Of a stretch of 64,000 nt of DNA, positions 20,560 through 33,162 are shown one piece after another (the stretch's first letter is position 1; every line of letters starts with the position of its first letter). Below the pieces are notes generated by a model. That model had not been told where the DNA came from. It saw only the letters and a program-made list of their open reading frames with translations, and did not search any database. The stretch spans positions 32,001 through 96,000 of the forward strand of contig CAVZRV010000028.1 in NCBI GenBank assembly GCA_963777605.1. Direction: 5' to 3'. A program made the translations under genes and the position numbers. The DNA is from an uncultured Acidobacteriota bacterium. Its GTDB lineage: Bacteria > Acidobacteriota > UBA6911 > RPQK01 > JAPXNP01.

Positions 20560-21777
20560 TGGACGAATCCGGGCAAACGGCTGCCAGAGCCGCTCCGCTT
20601 GGGCCGGCACGTACCCGCACGACCTCATCCCGCGGGCTTCTGCTGCCTCCCTTTTACCACCCTCAACTCCGCGCGTGGCTGCGTTGCTCCCGGACCGAAT
20701 ATAGCGCTCCCCCGAACTGGGCTACCGGATGCCGCCTCCTTCGATAGATCCCCTCCCTGCGCTTCCGCTCAATCAACCGCCTCACCGCCATCTCCACTCC
20801 CAGTGCGATCCCGTCACTGAATACCCGCTCCCGCGTCGACCAACCCGCAGCCTCCTTCCGCTCGTCCTCCCGCCACTTCGCCTCCAGTCGTTCCCGGTAG
20901 CTCTCGTAAGCCCCCTCCGCCGACACCTGTGTGAAAATCTCCTCAATCGGGATTAACTCCTCGCCTCTCCCGTGAAACCGCTGCCAGGCCGAAGACCACC
21001 TCCACTGCTCGGGCCGTTTCACCACGTGCGCCCGCGTCACATTTGTCTCCACATACACCAGGCACCGCTCGAGCCCCGTCCGATCCAGCAGTTCCAGACT
21101 CTTGAACCGGGCTCCCCAGAAATGCCCGCTTCGCCCGTAGGTCCGGTTGTACCATTTGGCATACTCCCCGTTGACGTGTTGCATCAGGGCCGACAGGTCG
21201 AACAGCTTCCGGTTAAACCACTGCCAGTCGGCCGCAGTCCAGCCGGCCGTTTTCGTCCGGGCCTGTTCGCCCCACAACAAGAAGGCCCGGTGCTTCAACT
21301 CCCGGCGCGACAAACGGCGAAAGCACTCCATCCAGAGGATGAGGTGATAGTGCGTGCTCATGAGTTCGAACGCGGCGAGGCGGCAGGAGTAAGCACGGAC
21401 ATAGGCGAAGATCAGGTCCTGCAGCTTCTGGCGGGCAACGGCATCTTTGAAGGGGAAGAAGGACTGGTGGGAAACGACCCGGGTAATGAGGTGATAGAAG
21501 GTGGACTCGGGACTCTTGTGACGGGCTCGTCGCATTGCTTCGACTCCTTTCCGTTTGACGGTGCACAACCGGCGGAGGGCTCCGCCCCCTGTTTCCCATA
21601 ACGTTTGAGTTCGCAAATGTGCGAGTCGAAGCCGTCTTGAGGCCGAACAATCGCTCCCTGCTCGAAGTCGCGAGAATTCATCCGGAGAGTCTTCAAAAGG
21701 AGCAAGCCGGCAGGAGATTCCTTGAGTTCAGGACACTTGCAAACAACAGCCTGAGCCAGAAAAACGAGTCTGTCCCT
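20560..21777 (-). mobile_element. RAYT/Y1-transposase element, copy 2
   Basis: Near-identical to 3310-4527 with the same end motif. Confidence 0.9.
20663..21535 (-). CDS. Y1 HUH transposase, identical protein to copy 1
   Basis: Same translation as 3413-4285 in the ORF track. Confidence 0.88.
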   Translation of the reverse strand: MRRARHKSPESTFYHLITRVVSHQSFFPFKDAVARQKLQDLIFAYVRAYSCRLAAFELMSTHYHLILWMECFRRLSRRELKHRAFLLWGEQARTKTAGWTAADWQWFNRKLFDLSALMQHVNGEYAKWYNRTYGRSGHFWGARFKSLELLDRTGLERCLVYVETNVTRAHVVKRPEQWRWSSAWQRFHGRGEELIPIEEIFTQVSAEGAYESYRERLEAKWREDERKEAAGWSTRERVFSDGIALGVEMAVRRLIERKRREGIYRRRRHPVAQFGGALYSVREQRSHARS

Positions 21778-21859
21778 TTCCGGATCGGATCGAATGGATC
21801 GGATCGGATGGACGAGAGCTCGCGATTAACCAGGTATTGCGACGGATGGCCCCGTCGTC

Positions 21860-22171
21860 GTGAGTGCACTTGACTCTTCGGCACCCCAATGGAAAGCTCG
21901 TGTCAAGGACGGACAGATAACTTTAACCCCAATCAGAGTCGAATGTTACGCGGGCGGAAAGGCGGACGAGTCTCCACGGCGCTTCCGTGTGAAAGGGCAA
22001 TGGGTGGTGGCGGAAGAAGTGATGGACCGCCAACACCAGATGGAGAACCTTCCCGGCTGGCCGCGGGCGGACTATTTCAAGCTCCTCGACGCACGCCGGC
22101 GGGTGTTTCTGGTGAAGCATGACCTGCAGACAGATGAGTGGTTCCTCGTGGAAGCCCCTAAAGATTGTTGA
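21860..22171 (+). CDS. Small conserved hypothetical protein
   Basis: IRVECYAG..ADESPRRF...EEVMDR...YFK...LVKHD...WFL resembles a widespread uncharacterised family. Start uncertain. Confidence 0.65.
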   Translation: MSALDSSAPQWKARVKDGQITLTPIRVECYAGGKADESPRRFRVKGQWVVAEEVMDRQHQMENLPGWPRADYFKLLDARRRVFLVKHDLQTDEWFLVEAPKDC

Positions 22172-22704
22172 AAGACCGGATTCATCAATCGCTTCGTCTA
22201 CCAACCGCGGAGCCGGCACATCTTCCATCTTTCAGAAGTTCCCTATTCTTGATTCGTACCCGGCGCTAATAGGTGGCAAGAACATCCACGCGGCGAGTTT
22301 TCCGGTTGGAGTACCGACGTCTCTATGTGTATTTCTGGCGGCTGCTCAGGATCTCGCTCACCGACAACTTGATCCCTAAGTGCCCCGGGATGATCGACAG
22401 GACCAGTGATCCTCGCTATCACAGATTCCACCCATCGGACGGCCGATTTTCCAATCACGTCAGGCATTTGCAACCAGGACTCGATTGTGAAACCCAGTGA
22501 ACCTTGATGGGATCCATTTCAGATCGCGATTTATCCCGTTTCTTGGGCGATTCACCTCTTACGTAAGACGAGCCCCCCCAAACTCCCGCACAGATCTGAT
22601 CCTCTGATCGGGCCAGGTTTGTACTTTTACGAGAGAGGAATGAGATACCTGCTTTTCCGTGAGCGTGAGTTGACACCGACAATCGACAGGTCAAGATATT
22701 CTGA

Positions 22705-23091
22705 ATGGAACAACATTCAGAGAGCCGAGTGCGACTCGTTCACCGAAGGCGGGCAGATGCGAGCAGGGCCCAGAAGCTCGGACCATACCAGATTGAATCG
22801 TTGCTGAGCCCGGAGGAAGAATGGCGGGCGACCGTTTACCGGGTACGCCTGGGTCCCGGTGAGGAGACCCGGTCCAGCTGGCACGAGATTGCCGAGGAGT
22901 TCTACTTCATCCTCGCGGGAACCGGAACAGCAATCCTGGACGGTGAATGCTTTAAGATCGCAGTGGGGGACTTTCTGCGACTGCCTCCCCGAACCCGCCA
23001 CTCCTTCGCTACCGGAGCGGAAGGACTGGAACTCCTGAATTTCCACGTCCCCGGCTGCAGACCGGATCGGGACACCTACTTCGAGGAATGA
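22705..23091 (+). CDS. Cupin domain protein
   Basis: WHEIAEEFYFILAGTG...GDFLRLPPRTRHSF. Confidence 0.85.
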   Translation: MEQHSESRVRLVHRRRADASRAQKLGPYQIESLLSPEEEWRATVYRVRLGPGEETRSSWHEIAEEFYFILAGTGTAILDGECFKIAVGDFLRLPPRTRHSFATGAEGLELLNFHVPGCRPDRDTYFEE

Positions 23092-23126
23092 CGAACAACC
23101 GGAACAACCAGAGCCCTGGAAAAATA

Positions 23127-23198
23127 GGGGGACAGGCTCGTTGTGCTGAGGTGCTGAGAGAATGGCGGAAATATAGGGAAATTATAGGGGACAGAGTG
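23127..23198 (-). repeat. Two GGGGACAG motifs between the cupin and sialidase genes
   Basis: GGGGGACAGGCTCG at 23127 and TAGGGGACAGAGTG at 23185. Confidence 0.7.
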
Positions 23199-23249
23199 CT
23201 GCCGAGACGAAACAGTGAACACGAAGCGATGCCAGATGACGGAGGTTCT

Positions 23250-24413
23250 GTGAAGAGTGTCCTGAGTTCAACGGCCTTCGCATTGGTCCTACTAATTGCC
23301 GTAAGCAGTCTCCGACCTGGGATCTTTGTCCCGTCCGTTACTCATGCAGAGCACCTGGCGCCTGAGCCGGTACGTCAAACAGTGGTATACCGCAGTGGGG
23401 AAAATGGATACGACACGTACCGCATACCGGCTCTGACTGTCACTAACCGGGGCACGTTGCTGGCCTTCGCTGAAGGACGCAGGCACAGCCAAAGCGACAC
23501 CGGGGACATTGATTTGCTTCTCAAACGCTCCGAGGATAGCGGGGTAACATGGACGGAGCAACAGGTGGTCTGGGATGATTTCGAAAATGTCTGCGGAAAT
23601 CCTGCCCCGATAGTGGACCGGGACACCGGGACCGTCTGGGTCCTCATGACCTGGAACCGCAGTGAAGACCGTGAGGATCAGATTATCGCCGGAACGAGCG
23701 TGGACACAAGACGCGTTTTTGTGACGTTCTCCGACGACGACGGACACTCCTGGTCTCAGCCGTCGGAGATCACCGATTCGGTCAAGCTTCCGGATTGGAC
23801 TTGGTACGCTACTGGGCCGGGTGCCGGAATCCAGCTTGGACTTGGAAGACATGCAGGCAGGCTGGTGATTCCGTGCGATCACATTGAGAAAGAGTCGAAA
23901 TCCTACTATTCCCACGTTATTTTCTCGGACGATCACGGGCAAAGCTGGCAGCTCGGCGGAAGTTCACCGGAGGACCAGGTCAACGAGTGCCAGGTGGCAG
24001 AACTGAGTAGCGGCCAACTTGTTCTCAATATGAGGAACTATGACCGGACAAAGGCGTGTCGCCAGATCGCGTTCAGCTCCGACGGCGGGAAGACCTGGAC
24101 GGACCAGCAGTTTCAGGATGCACTGGTCGAACCAATTTGCCAGGCTAGCATCCGCAGGGCCGGAGGCAGCCTGCTCTTCTCCAACCCTTCCGATCCCGAG
24201 CACCGAGTAAATCTGACGATCCAGTTGAGCCACGACGACGGCAACTTCTGGGAGGTCCTGTACCGACTGCACCCGGGCCCCAGTGCATACTCGGACCTGG
24301 CCCTGATCTCAGACGACATTGCAGCTTGTCTCTATGAACGGGGCTCTGAAAGTCCTTACGAGGAGATTGCTTTCGCCCGGTTCACGGTCCCTGGCCAGGC
24401 GGAATCGCCATAA
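23250..24413 (+). CDS. Sialidase family protein (GH33-like)
   Basis: YRIP motif, five Asp-boxes (SEDSGVTW, SDDDGHSW, SDDHGQSW, SSDGGKTW, SHDDGNFW), NECQ, SAYSDL. GTG start with GGAGG RBS. Confidence 0.9.
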   Translation: MKSVLSSTAFALVLLIAVSSLRPGIFVPSVTHAEHLAPEPVRQTVVYRSGENGYDTYRIPALTVTNRGTLLAFAEGRRHSQSDTGDIDLLLKRSEDSGVTWTEQQVVWDDFENVCGNPAPIVDRDTGTVWVLMTWNRSEDREDQIIAGTSVDTRRVFVTFSDDDGHSWSQPSEITDSVKLPDWTWYATGPGAGIQLGLGRHAGRLVIPCDHIEKESKSYYSHVIFSDDHGQSWQLGGSSPEDQVNECQVAELSSGQLVLNMRNYDRTKACRQIAFSSDGGKTWTDQQFQDALVEPICQASIRRAGGSLLFSNPSDPEHRVNLTIQLSHDDGNFWEVLYRLHPGPSAYSDLALISDDIAACLYERGSESPYEEIAFARFTVPGQAESP

Positions 24414-25008
24414 TTCACCTGATCCATCCAGCCAATCCTTATTCGGGGAAATGTGAAGGGCAATTCCGAACACTTCGGCTCAACTCCCCAAACCAGTCCT
24501 GCCGGGAGGCGGTCGGAGCCATTCCGGTTTCTTCTTGAATTCCAAGAATTCGCTGAAACCCTTGCCACGGCTGGCTTCAGGGAGTCCAGCTCGCTGCTCG
24601 GCTCCTGTCTCTGCGCTCAAAAGAAAAGAATCACCGTCGAGATCAATGCTTCCGATGGTTCGCTTAGTCAAGAAGAAAGCCCTCCGATCACGCCTCCGTG
24701 CCAATACACGAGTGTACAGGGCCGTGGTAACCCGCCTCCAAGCGCGCCGGACGGCCGTCAAATCCTTTCTCGATCTGGCGTTCCGAGGATCAGCTTAGGA
24801 ACTGGTCTTGACTCTTCTTCGGGGCGACTGGCTGCCTGAGCGCGACAGGAATGATTTAGCTGGCAAGCGAGCTGGAACCGGAGGAACGGCATCCCTGGTT
24901 TTGGCCGCCCAGATAGGAACAACGCGTAAGCACGAAGCATACATAAGTCCAAGGACTAAATCGGCGCCTGACCCGGAACTTAATAGCTCAGCCCCCGAGG
25001 AGTAAAGA

Positions 25009-25380
25009 ATGGGAGGCAACCCGGTCATTTGGTTTGAGATCTATGTTCAGGACATGAACCGTGCAAAGAGCTTTTGCGAATCGGTTTTCCAGAAACACCT
25101 CGAACGGCTCGACACACCTGATTTGGAGATGTGGTCGTTCCCGATGAAGACTGGAGAACCGGGAACCGGGGGGGCACTGGTCCAATCCCATGGAGTCTCA
25201 TCCGGGGGTAACAGCACTATCGTTTACTTCCATAGCCCTGATTGTGCAGTCGAGGCTGCCAGAGTGAACAGCGCCGGAGGCCAACTGCACCGTGACAAGA
25301 TGTCAATCGGAAAATACGGCTTCGTGGCGCTCGCCTACGACACGGAGGGGAACATTTTCGGGATCCACTCCATGCAATAG
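25009..25380 (+). CDS. VOC (glyoxalase/bleomycin-resistance) family protein
   Basis: NPVIWFEIYVQDMNRAK...GKYGF...DTEGNIFGIHSM. GAGGAG RBS. Confidence 0.92.
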   Translation: MGGNPVIWFEIYVQDMNRAKSFCESVFQKHLERLDTPDLEMWSFPMKTGEPGTGGALVQSHGVSSGGNSTIVYFHSPDCAVEAARVNSAGGQLHRDKMSIGKYGFVALAYDTEGNIFGIHSMQ

Positions 25381-25416
25381 AGGCGGCCGGTCCGAACCAC
25401 TTGATAGAATGACGAT

Positions 25417-25553
25417 AATCAGCCTGTCCCTTTTCCACCTTTTCCACTTGTCGACAGCGAGAATAGGTCTGCATCTTTTCGCTTTTGCCCGGCGGAAACG
25501 AGTCTGCCCTCCTCAGACGACTCAATTCTCCTGGAATATCAGTCTGTCCCTTT
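25417..25553 (+). repeat. Motif cluster AGYCTGTCCCTT
   Basis: AATCAGCCTGTCCCTTT at 25417, degenerate GAGTCTGCCCT at 25500, ATCAGTCTGTCCCTTT at 25538. Confidence 0.75.
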
Positions 25554-25740
25554 TCGAGACGTTCGTTCTTGACACGACGCAGCGTTCCCGAGCCTCCGTG
25601 CATCTTCATCCCCGTTTGTCCACTGAATCTCCAATAAATCGAGGAAAACGTAGACTCAACGTCCTAAGCAGTTTAGACTCACAGCGTTTCCTGCGTACCA
25701 ACTCCCCGACAAATTGAGACTTCAACAGAAAGGCAACCGC

Positions 25741-28700
25741 ATGAGGTCCTTGAGAGCTGTTCAAAGCCTGCCCGGTTTCCAACAACTGGTCCATGCCTCC
25801 GCTGGACTCTCGCTTCTGGCATTGACCTTTTCGACGGTTGCTCCTTGCGCATTCGCTGAGACGTCGGGACGATCCAGACCACGGATGGCGACCAACAGAG
25901 ACCACCCGCTCCTTTTCCTTTCAGGGCTGGCGCCAATTGAGTCGATGCCGGGTGCAGTTTCCATGGTGCCGCCCGGATCCCGCGTCGACCGAACTCGTTC
26001 TGTCGCTCCCCGGACTCTTGCCGCAGCCGAATTCAATGGCGATGGCATGCCGGACCTGCTCGTCGGTTACGCTTCCCCGGATGGAGCGTTCGTAACCCTC
26101 TATCCCGGCAACATCGACGCTCTTTTTCCCGCGACTGAGCAGGCTCGAATAAGGGAATTGCGCAGCTCGTCGATCCCCTCGCCTTTTCTGCCCGCCGCCC
26201 GGATGGTACCGATCCCAGTTGACCCGGACTTCCTGGCCACCGGGGACTTCGATGCGGACGGCCACCAGGACTTCGTCGTTGCGAACCGCGCCGAACCCAC
26301 ACTGTACTGGTTCAGAGGAGACAGTCGGGGTGGATTCAGCGAATCGAACGCCTTCGATCTGGAAGGGCTTCCAGACGCACTTCTCGTTTCAGACCTGAAT
26401 CGAAGCGACGGACTGCCCGACATCGCGGTCGCCATCTCCTCCACGAAGTCGGCTGAAATCTGGGTACTGGAAGGTCCTGACGGAGCCTTGCGCTCGACTC
26501 CGGAACGGTTCCTTCTCATGGAGCCAGCCGGCGAACTTTCGGCAGGGAACCTCGACTCGGGATTCCCGCGTCGACCTCGCCGCAGCCTTGCCGGATCGAG
26601 TATTCCTGATCCATGGACGCGACCGGATGCTGTCTGCCGCCCCCGAGGCCCGCAGATCGGTTCAAGCCGCAAGGATCGACGAATACCCCATTCCCGAGGG
26701 GATCCGATCGCTTCTCGCTGGAGAATTCCTGGGTGACCCCCGACAGGAGTTGGCCGTACTGCTCTCGGATTCGACCGTTCGGATCTTTGAATCTTCGGAT
26801 GACGGGTTTCTCATCCCCAGTCGGGATTCGGCTGAATTTGAAGGCCTCCCGGGCGATCGCCTGGTCAAAGGACGGTTCTCGACTCAAGGGCACGAGCAAC
26901 TCCTGACCTGGAGTGCGGACCGGGCGGGAGTCGAAGTGATCCTGCCCGACCAAGAGGCATTTCTCAGCAGAGCATCCGTGGACACCTCCGCGATACCGCT
27001 GCAAGTCCTCCCGATGAGGCTCGACCCGGATGCCTTTTCTGATCTCGTCTTCCTCAGTTCCGACAGCTTGGAGGTCTCCGTCGCGGAAAGCGGTGCCTGC
27101 GCGGCCGGCCCAGCGTTTGTCGTCAACGATCCTGGCATTGAGGCGGATTACTCAAACGACGGCGTCTGCGACGTCGATAACGATCCGTCCAACGGAGAGC
27201 AGTGTACCTTCAGAGGCGCCCTGGCCGAGGGGAGCCGGGGCGGAGAGCCATTCAGCATCAGCTTCGCGACTGCCGGGCCTATCGAGTTTGCCGGAGAAGC
27301 CACGCAGCCGGTCTGCATCGATGGCGAAAGTGGAGTGGAAGGTGAGGGCGGTTTCACCGTATCAGGAGGAAACAGTGTCGTCCGGGGAATTCAGTTTCTT
27401 TCCGGCAGCGGAATCTCGATCCGCGGAGCGAACAATTTTGTCGAAGGAAACCGGCTGGCCGGACGGCGGCATCAACGCATTCAACACTTCGTACGCGACG
27501 ATCGGGGGAGCAACGGATTCGGCCCGAAACGTTGTCGGCTCGGCAGGAATTGCCATTAACTGCACCACGGCCGAAGGGTGCCCGAGCAACCAGATTCTGG
27601 GCAATTTCGTTGGAACGGACGATACCGGGGAGGAGGCCGCCGTACAGTTCGACCCGGGAGCAGGGCGTCCCGGCGTGTTCGTCTACGGCCATGCTCCGGG
27701 CACGATTATCCGGAACAACGTGATCGCCGGATTCAATTTCGACATCTGGGTGAACCGGTCACAGGCTACCCTTATCCAGGGCAATACGATCGGGACCAAT
27801 CGCTCCGGGACCCGGGCCCTCTTCCCCGAGTCGACCTTCGGGGTCAGCCTGACCTGGTCGCAGGACGATCTGGTCGGTGGAACCGGGGCGGACCTCGGCA
27901 ACCTCATCTCTGGACACAACCAGACCACGAACGATCTCCGGAACGAGGCGATCGGAGTCTACATCGGCTTCTCGTCCGGCACAAAGGTCCAGGGCAACAA
28001 GATCGGGACCGATCTTTCCGGGCAGAACGCAATCCCCAACGGGAAGGGCGTCGCGGTGCGTGACCAGGCGGTGCGGACCGACCCGCAAATTGAGCAGAAG
28101 GCGATTCTGATCGGTGGAGAAGGGGAATCCGCAGGCAATCTCCTCTCCGGGAACCTGCGCCATGGGCTCGAGTTGAGCGACCAAATCGGCGACCTCGTAG
28201 ACGGAACCCCCGATGTCCAGATCCTCAACAATTTCATCGGAACAAATTCCGCAGGGACAGCCCAACTCCCCAACGCGAACGACGGCTTGCGAGTCATGGC
28301 GGCGATCCAGGATGTCCAAATCAAGCGGAACACGATCGCCTACAACAGCGGTGCCGGAGTCGGATTCTATAGCTTCGCAAACTCGCCCGGAGTCTCCATC
28401 CTCCAGAATTCGATCCACTCCAATCAGGGTCTGGGAATCGACCTGCCCCGGGCCGGAGTCAACGCGAACGACGACGGTGACTCGGACGGCGGCGCCAATA
28501 ACGGGCAGAACTTCCCGGAGTTGCAGCTTGTAACCGGCAGCGAGATCACCTGGTCGCTCGACAGTCCAGCCGGCACCTACCGAATCGAGTTCTTCTCCAA
28601 CACCGAGTGCGACAGCTCTTCAGTCCCCCCTCACGGGGAAGGTCAGACCTTCATCGGGTTCCAGGAAGAGACCATCACTCCCGGTCAGGTCTTCCAGTTT

Positions 28701-31700
28701 CCCGCCTCGCTGAACCTTGGGGCCGCAATCACGGCCACGGCCACGGCCGTCGTCGATGGGCATCCGACCGACACCTCCGAGTTCTCGGTGTGCAAGGAGC
28801 CGTCTCAGATCGCGATCCCTTCGTGGTGAACTCGCTCGATGACGACGCCGACTCGAACTTGAATGACCAAGTCCTGCTCCACCGGCGGAGAAGTCGAAGA
28901 CGACCTGGGAATCAAGGGGCCGGAGTGCACGCTGCGGGCGGCGATCCAGCAGGCCAACGCCAACTCGGGCAGGGATCGAATCGAGTTCAAGGTCCCGAGC
29001 CGGGAATTCACCGAAGGGATTCTCCTGATCTCGCCGGCCCATGCCCTGCCCCCGATTGTGGATGCCGCGACGATTGACGCCTACTCCCAGATCGGATCAG
29101 GCCAGGGAGCGGGTCGAATCCCGGTCATCGTACTTGACGGCCAGTCGGCTTCCGGTGGCGGCACCGTCAACGGTTTCACGATCACGGGGAGCAATTCGGA
29201 GATATCGGGATTCGCCATCAACGGCTTCAGCGGCTACGGGATTTCGATCAGCGGACCCGGAGGCAACCGCGTTACCGGGAACCTGATCGGCACCGACGCC
29301 GACGGCAAAACCGCAGTCCCCAATCAGGCTGGGGGAATCGAGATCAACAATTCTCCCTCCAATACGATCGGCGGAACCGCGACGCTTTCGGAGCGGCCGC
29401 TTCCTTTCGAGTTGCCCTACTTCGAGTCGAACCTGATCTCCGGAAACACCGCGAGCGGAATCGTGATCGGGGGCCCTGGGGCGATCGAGAACAAGGTACT
29501 CGGCAACCTGATCGGACCGAGTTCAAGTTTCGGCGGCGGGATCGGAAACCGGAGCGGCATTCTGATGTTCGGCAACGCAGCCGGGAACACCGTTGGCCCT
29601 CAGAACACGATCTCAGCGAACTCCAACCACGGCATTCTGATCAACACTGGCTCCCGGGAGAACCAGATCGTAGACAATGCCATAGGCGTCGAAATCGATC
29701 GTTTTGGGAACACGGTTCGACTCGGGAACGGAAAGAATGGTATCCACATCGATAACGCCCGCGCGAATACGATCGGCGGGCTCACGACCGCCGATCGCAA
29801 CCTCATTTCCGGTAATGCCGGCTCCGGCATCGTTCTCGAGAGTGGTGCGACCGAGAACAGAATTCTGGGAAACTTCATCGGGACGGATAGCAGGGGGACC
29901 TTTTCAGAGCCGAATGGGGACCCGGAGAGTTCGAGCCTGGATGTTGGTCACGGCATCCTGGTCGTCAATTCTCCGGCTAACGAAATCGGAGGTCTCGAGG
30001 AAGGCGCCACGAACGTCATCTCCGGTAATCATGGCTATGGGATCGTCATCCGGGGAGCGACGTCGGAGGGGAACCTCGTCCAGGGGAACCACGTGGGTGT
30101 GGATGTCACTGGCACCGCACCTGTGACCTGGACGGATCTCCGGGTGCAAAAGGGGGGCATCCTCATCGGCAGTGAAAATATTGACGTTGATCAGGGGGCT
30201 CCGCGAAACATCATCGGCGGGCATAGATCCGGCGGCCCGGAACCTGCTCTCCGGCAACAAATCCGTCGGGATTTCCATCCGGGGGAAGAGCTCAACCGGA
30301 AACAAAGTGCAGGGAAACTACATCGGAGTGGACGTAACCGGGCGAGCGGCGGTCGTCCTTCCGCTCGGTTCAGAGACCAGCTACTCGCGGCAGTTCGTTG
30401 GACTGGAAGTCTGGGACGCGTCCGGAAATATCATTGGTGGAGGGCCCTTTCCGGAATCCGATTGCGTAAGCCCGTGCAACGTAATCTCCGGTAACGACTT
30501 CATTGGTGTTCAATTCGAGGGATCTACGTCGGGCAACGAGCTATCAGGAAACTTCGTTGGACCTATCGTGGACGGATTTTCCTCACCTCCTGACCCGGGC
30601 GACCACGCTCCCCAGAGAGTCGGCATTGCACTGTACGGGTACGCCTCTAACAAGATCGTCGGGAAGGCGGGCCAAGGAAATCTGATCTCGGGGAACAGGA
30701 ATGAAGGAATCTTCATCAGCAGCGGCGCCGTTTCCAATCGAATTGAAGGCAATCGCGTGGGGACTGACCGGGGTGGCACGGGCGGGATCGGCAATGAAAC
30801 GGCATCAGTATTGAGGCGGTTCCGACAACCGCATCGGAGGTTCACCGTAGCCGACGCAAATACGATTGCCTGGAACCGAATCGGAGTCAATGTCACGAAG
30901 GGCGTTGGCAACTCAATTCGGTTCAACAGCATATTCGGAGAACGAAGATTCCGGGATCCGGCTTGCCGGGGGAAACCAGGGAACGATCCTCCCGAATGTT
31001 CTGTCCGGCGAGTTCCGGGGGACGAGTGTGGGGAACCTTCTTCCGGACCCCTTCCACGGCAGGGGATTCTCGATTTCTACTCCAACCCTCCCTGCCCTGG
31101 GACCGGGGATTGCAGCCGGCAGGGGCGAACTTACGTGGGAAGCCTGCCCTATTCGGCCTGGCGCATCCCGCTTCGATTTTTTCTCCCCGGTTCCGCTGGC
31201 CGCCGGTCAGCAGATCACCGCTACGACGTACAGACGCCGCCAACAGCACTTCCCCGTTTTCGCTTTCGGTGGGAGTCGTGCCGACCAGGACGGCGACGGC
31301 TCCCCGGATTCACTCCCCGGCGAGGGCGAGAACAATCCCCGGCGATTTTCAACCGCGGCGGGGACGTCGGTCATCCACCGATCGCACTGACCTGAACTGG
31401 AGGGAACCCCGATGCGGCCAGTTCGACCTCGCCAACCGGAATTCGCGTCCGGGAGACATCTCCCTCCGGGTCAGCACCGGGACGACCTCCTCTCAGGGAC
31501 TGGCATGTTCAGGCCTCCAGGGACTTTCCCCGGGTGGTTCGGTCACGCTGACCGTCAATCTCGCCGACGGAGTAAAGACGACGACTTGGTACAACTACGG
31601 CCCGACTCCGGACGACCCGACCGAGCACTGGTACGAGTTCCTGTTTGACGGGACGACCGGGGCGGAGTTTCTGGCGGACCGGATCCTGCTCCACTTCGTC

Positions 31701-33135
31701 GACGGCGGGAGGGGCGACCACGACCTGACCGAGAATGGCGTCATCGAGATCTTCGGAGGACCGTCCGCCATCGCCGACCTCTACTTCCCCTTCTTTCAGC
31801 CCGACTCGACCACGTTTGTCGGCGTCGCCGTCTCAAATTTCTCGGAAACCTTGGCGAACCTGAACTTCCGGGCGATGGGGGCGTCCGGGGCCGATCTCGC
31901 ACTGCCCCAGAATCCGGCCTCCCGCCTGCTCGAGCCGGAGACGCAGCTGGCCTCCCTGGCCAGCGAACTCTTCGGGGCTCGCATCCTTTACCAGCCGCTT
32001 CGGATGGATCGTTCTCGATACCGATAATCCGCGGCTGGGAAGCTTCTTCCAGTTCGGCGATGCGTCGAGGCTTGACGGCTCGGTGGCGATCCCCGAAGCG
32101 TCCCGGTCGCTGCGGTTCACCAGGGTCTTCGAGGGTGACGCCGCTTACCGCGGCCAGCCGGCTTCCACCCTGCTGGTAGTGGCCAACCCGGATTCCGAAT
32201 CGGCTGCGGTCACCTTCTCTCTGAAGGAGCCGGACGGGAGCACGCGGAAGACTTCCAGCCGCACGATCGCCGGGAAGGGCGTTCTTTCCGAGACGGTATC
32301 CGAGCTATTTGGAATTGCCGCGTCCGAAGGCTACGTCGAGGCCGAGGTCACGGACGGAGCTGGGATCGTGGGTTTCCAGAGAATCAGCCTGAGAGACCAG
32401 AACACGACCATGGGTCTGGCTCCCGCCACCGAGTCGCCGAGCAATGAGCTCTTCTCGGCCCAGCTGGTCAGCGCACCCGGGTTGTTTACGAGCATCAAGC
32501 TGATCAACACGAGCAACCAGAGCCGGACCGTCACCCTGACGGCCACGGCCGACAACGGCGACCGCCTGGCCGACCCGGTGTTCCGGACACTGGGCCCGGG
32601 CGAAAGCCTGGAGGAGGATGCGGCGGTTCTGTTCGCGTCTTCGGCCGCAGGGTCCGCTTCGTCGGCCGCTGCTGCCGATCAACTGGTATTGATCGGGTCT
32701 CTACAGGCCGTCAGCGAGGGGCCAGGCGTTGTCGGCGACGTGCTGTTCGGAGATTCGACGGCGTTCCAGTACGCCGCCGCACTGCCCCTTCAGTCGATTC
32801 CATTCAATGAGGCAGTGTTCAGCCAGTTCGCCAACCTCGAGGGCTTTTTCACCGGCCTGGCCTTCTTCAATCCCGGACTCGTGGACGCACAACTGACCAT
32901 CGATGTCGTGCGGGCGAATGGCCAACTGGCCGGCCGTGCGCAGCTCGAACTGGGCGCAGGAGAACGCTTGTCGAAGCTCGTCGTGGAACTGGCTCCGGAG
33001 ACGGCCGGAGAGGCAGGGGGCTACGTTCTGGTGCGTTCGGATCAGCCCATACTGGCGCAGGTGCTGTTCGGGGCGGTCGGGCCCAACGGTCAGCCGACCC
33101 TGTTCTCGGCAGTGCCGCCCACGGCGATCCGTTAG
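25741..33135 (+). pseudogene. Giant secreted protein, frameshifted as sequenced: FG-GAP module, two CSLREA-type/right-handed beta-helix regions, choice-of-anchor-U-like domain, C-terminal FPQ-like repeats
   Basis: Seven successive same-strand ORFs. AEFNGDGMPDL and GDFDADGHQD; CTFRGAL and CTLRAAIQQAN; many GNxIGTD/NLISGN repeats; TSEFS; YNYGPTPDDPTEHWYEF...DGGRGDHD; FTGLAFFNPG...GYVLVRSDQPI. Confidence 0.8.
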
Positions 33136-33162
33136 ATCGATTTCCAAACAGGGGCGTCGGCA

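Noticed and set aside
22172-22700. Short ORFs between the hypothetical and cupin genes
   Set aside because: No motif, RBS or consistent frame supports any of them.
23088-23249. N-terminal extension of the sialidase from an ATGA overlap with the cupin gene
   Set aside because: The extension reads through the repeat cluster and buries the signal peptide. GTG at 23250 has a good RBS.
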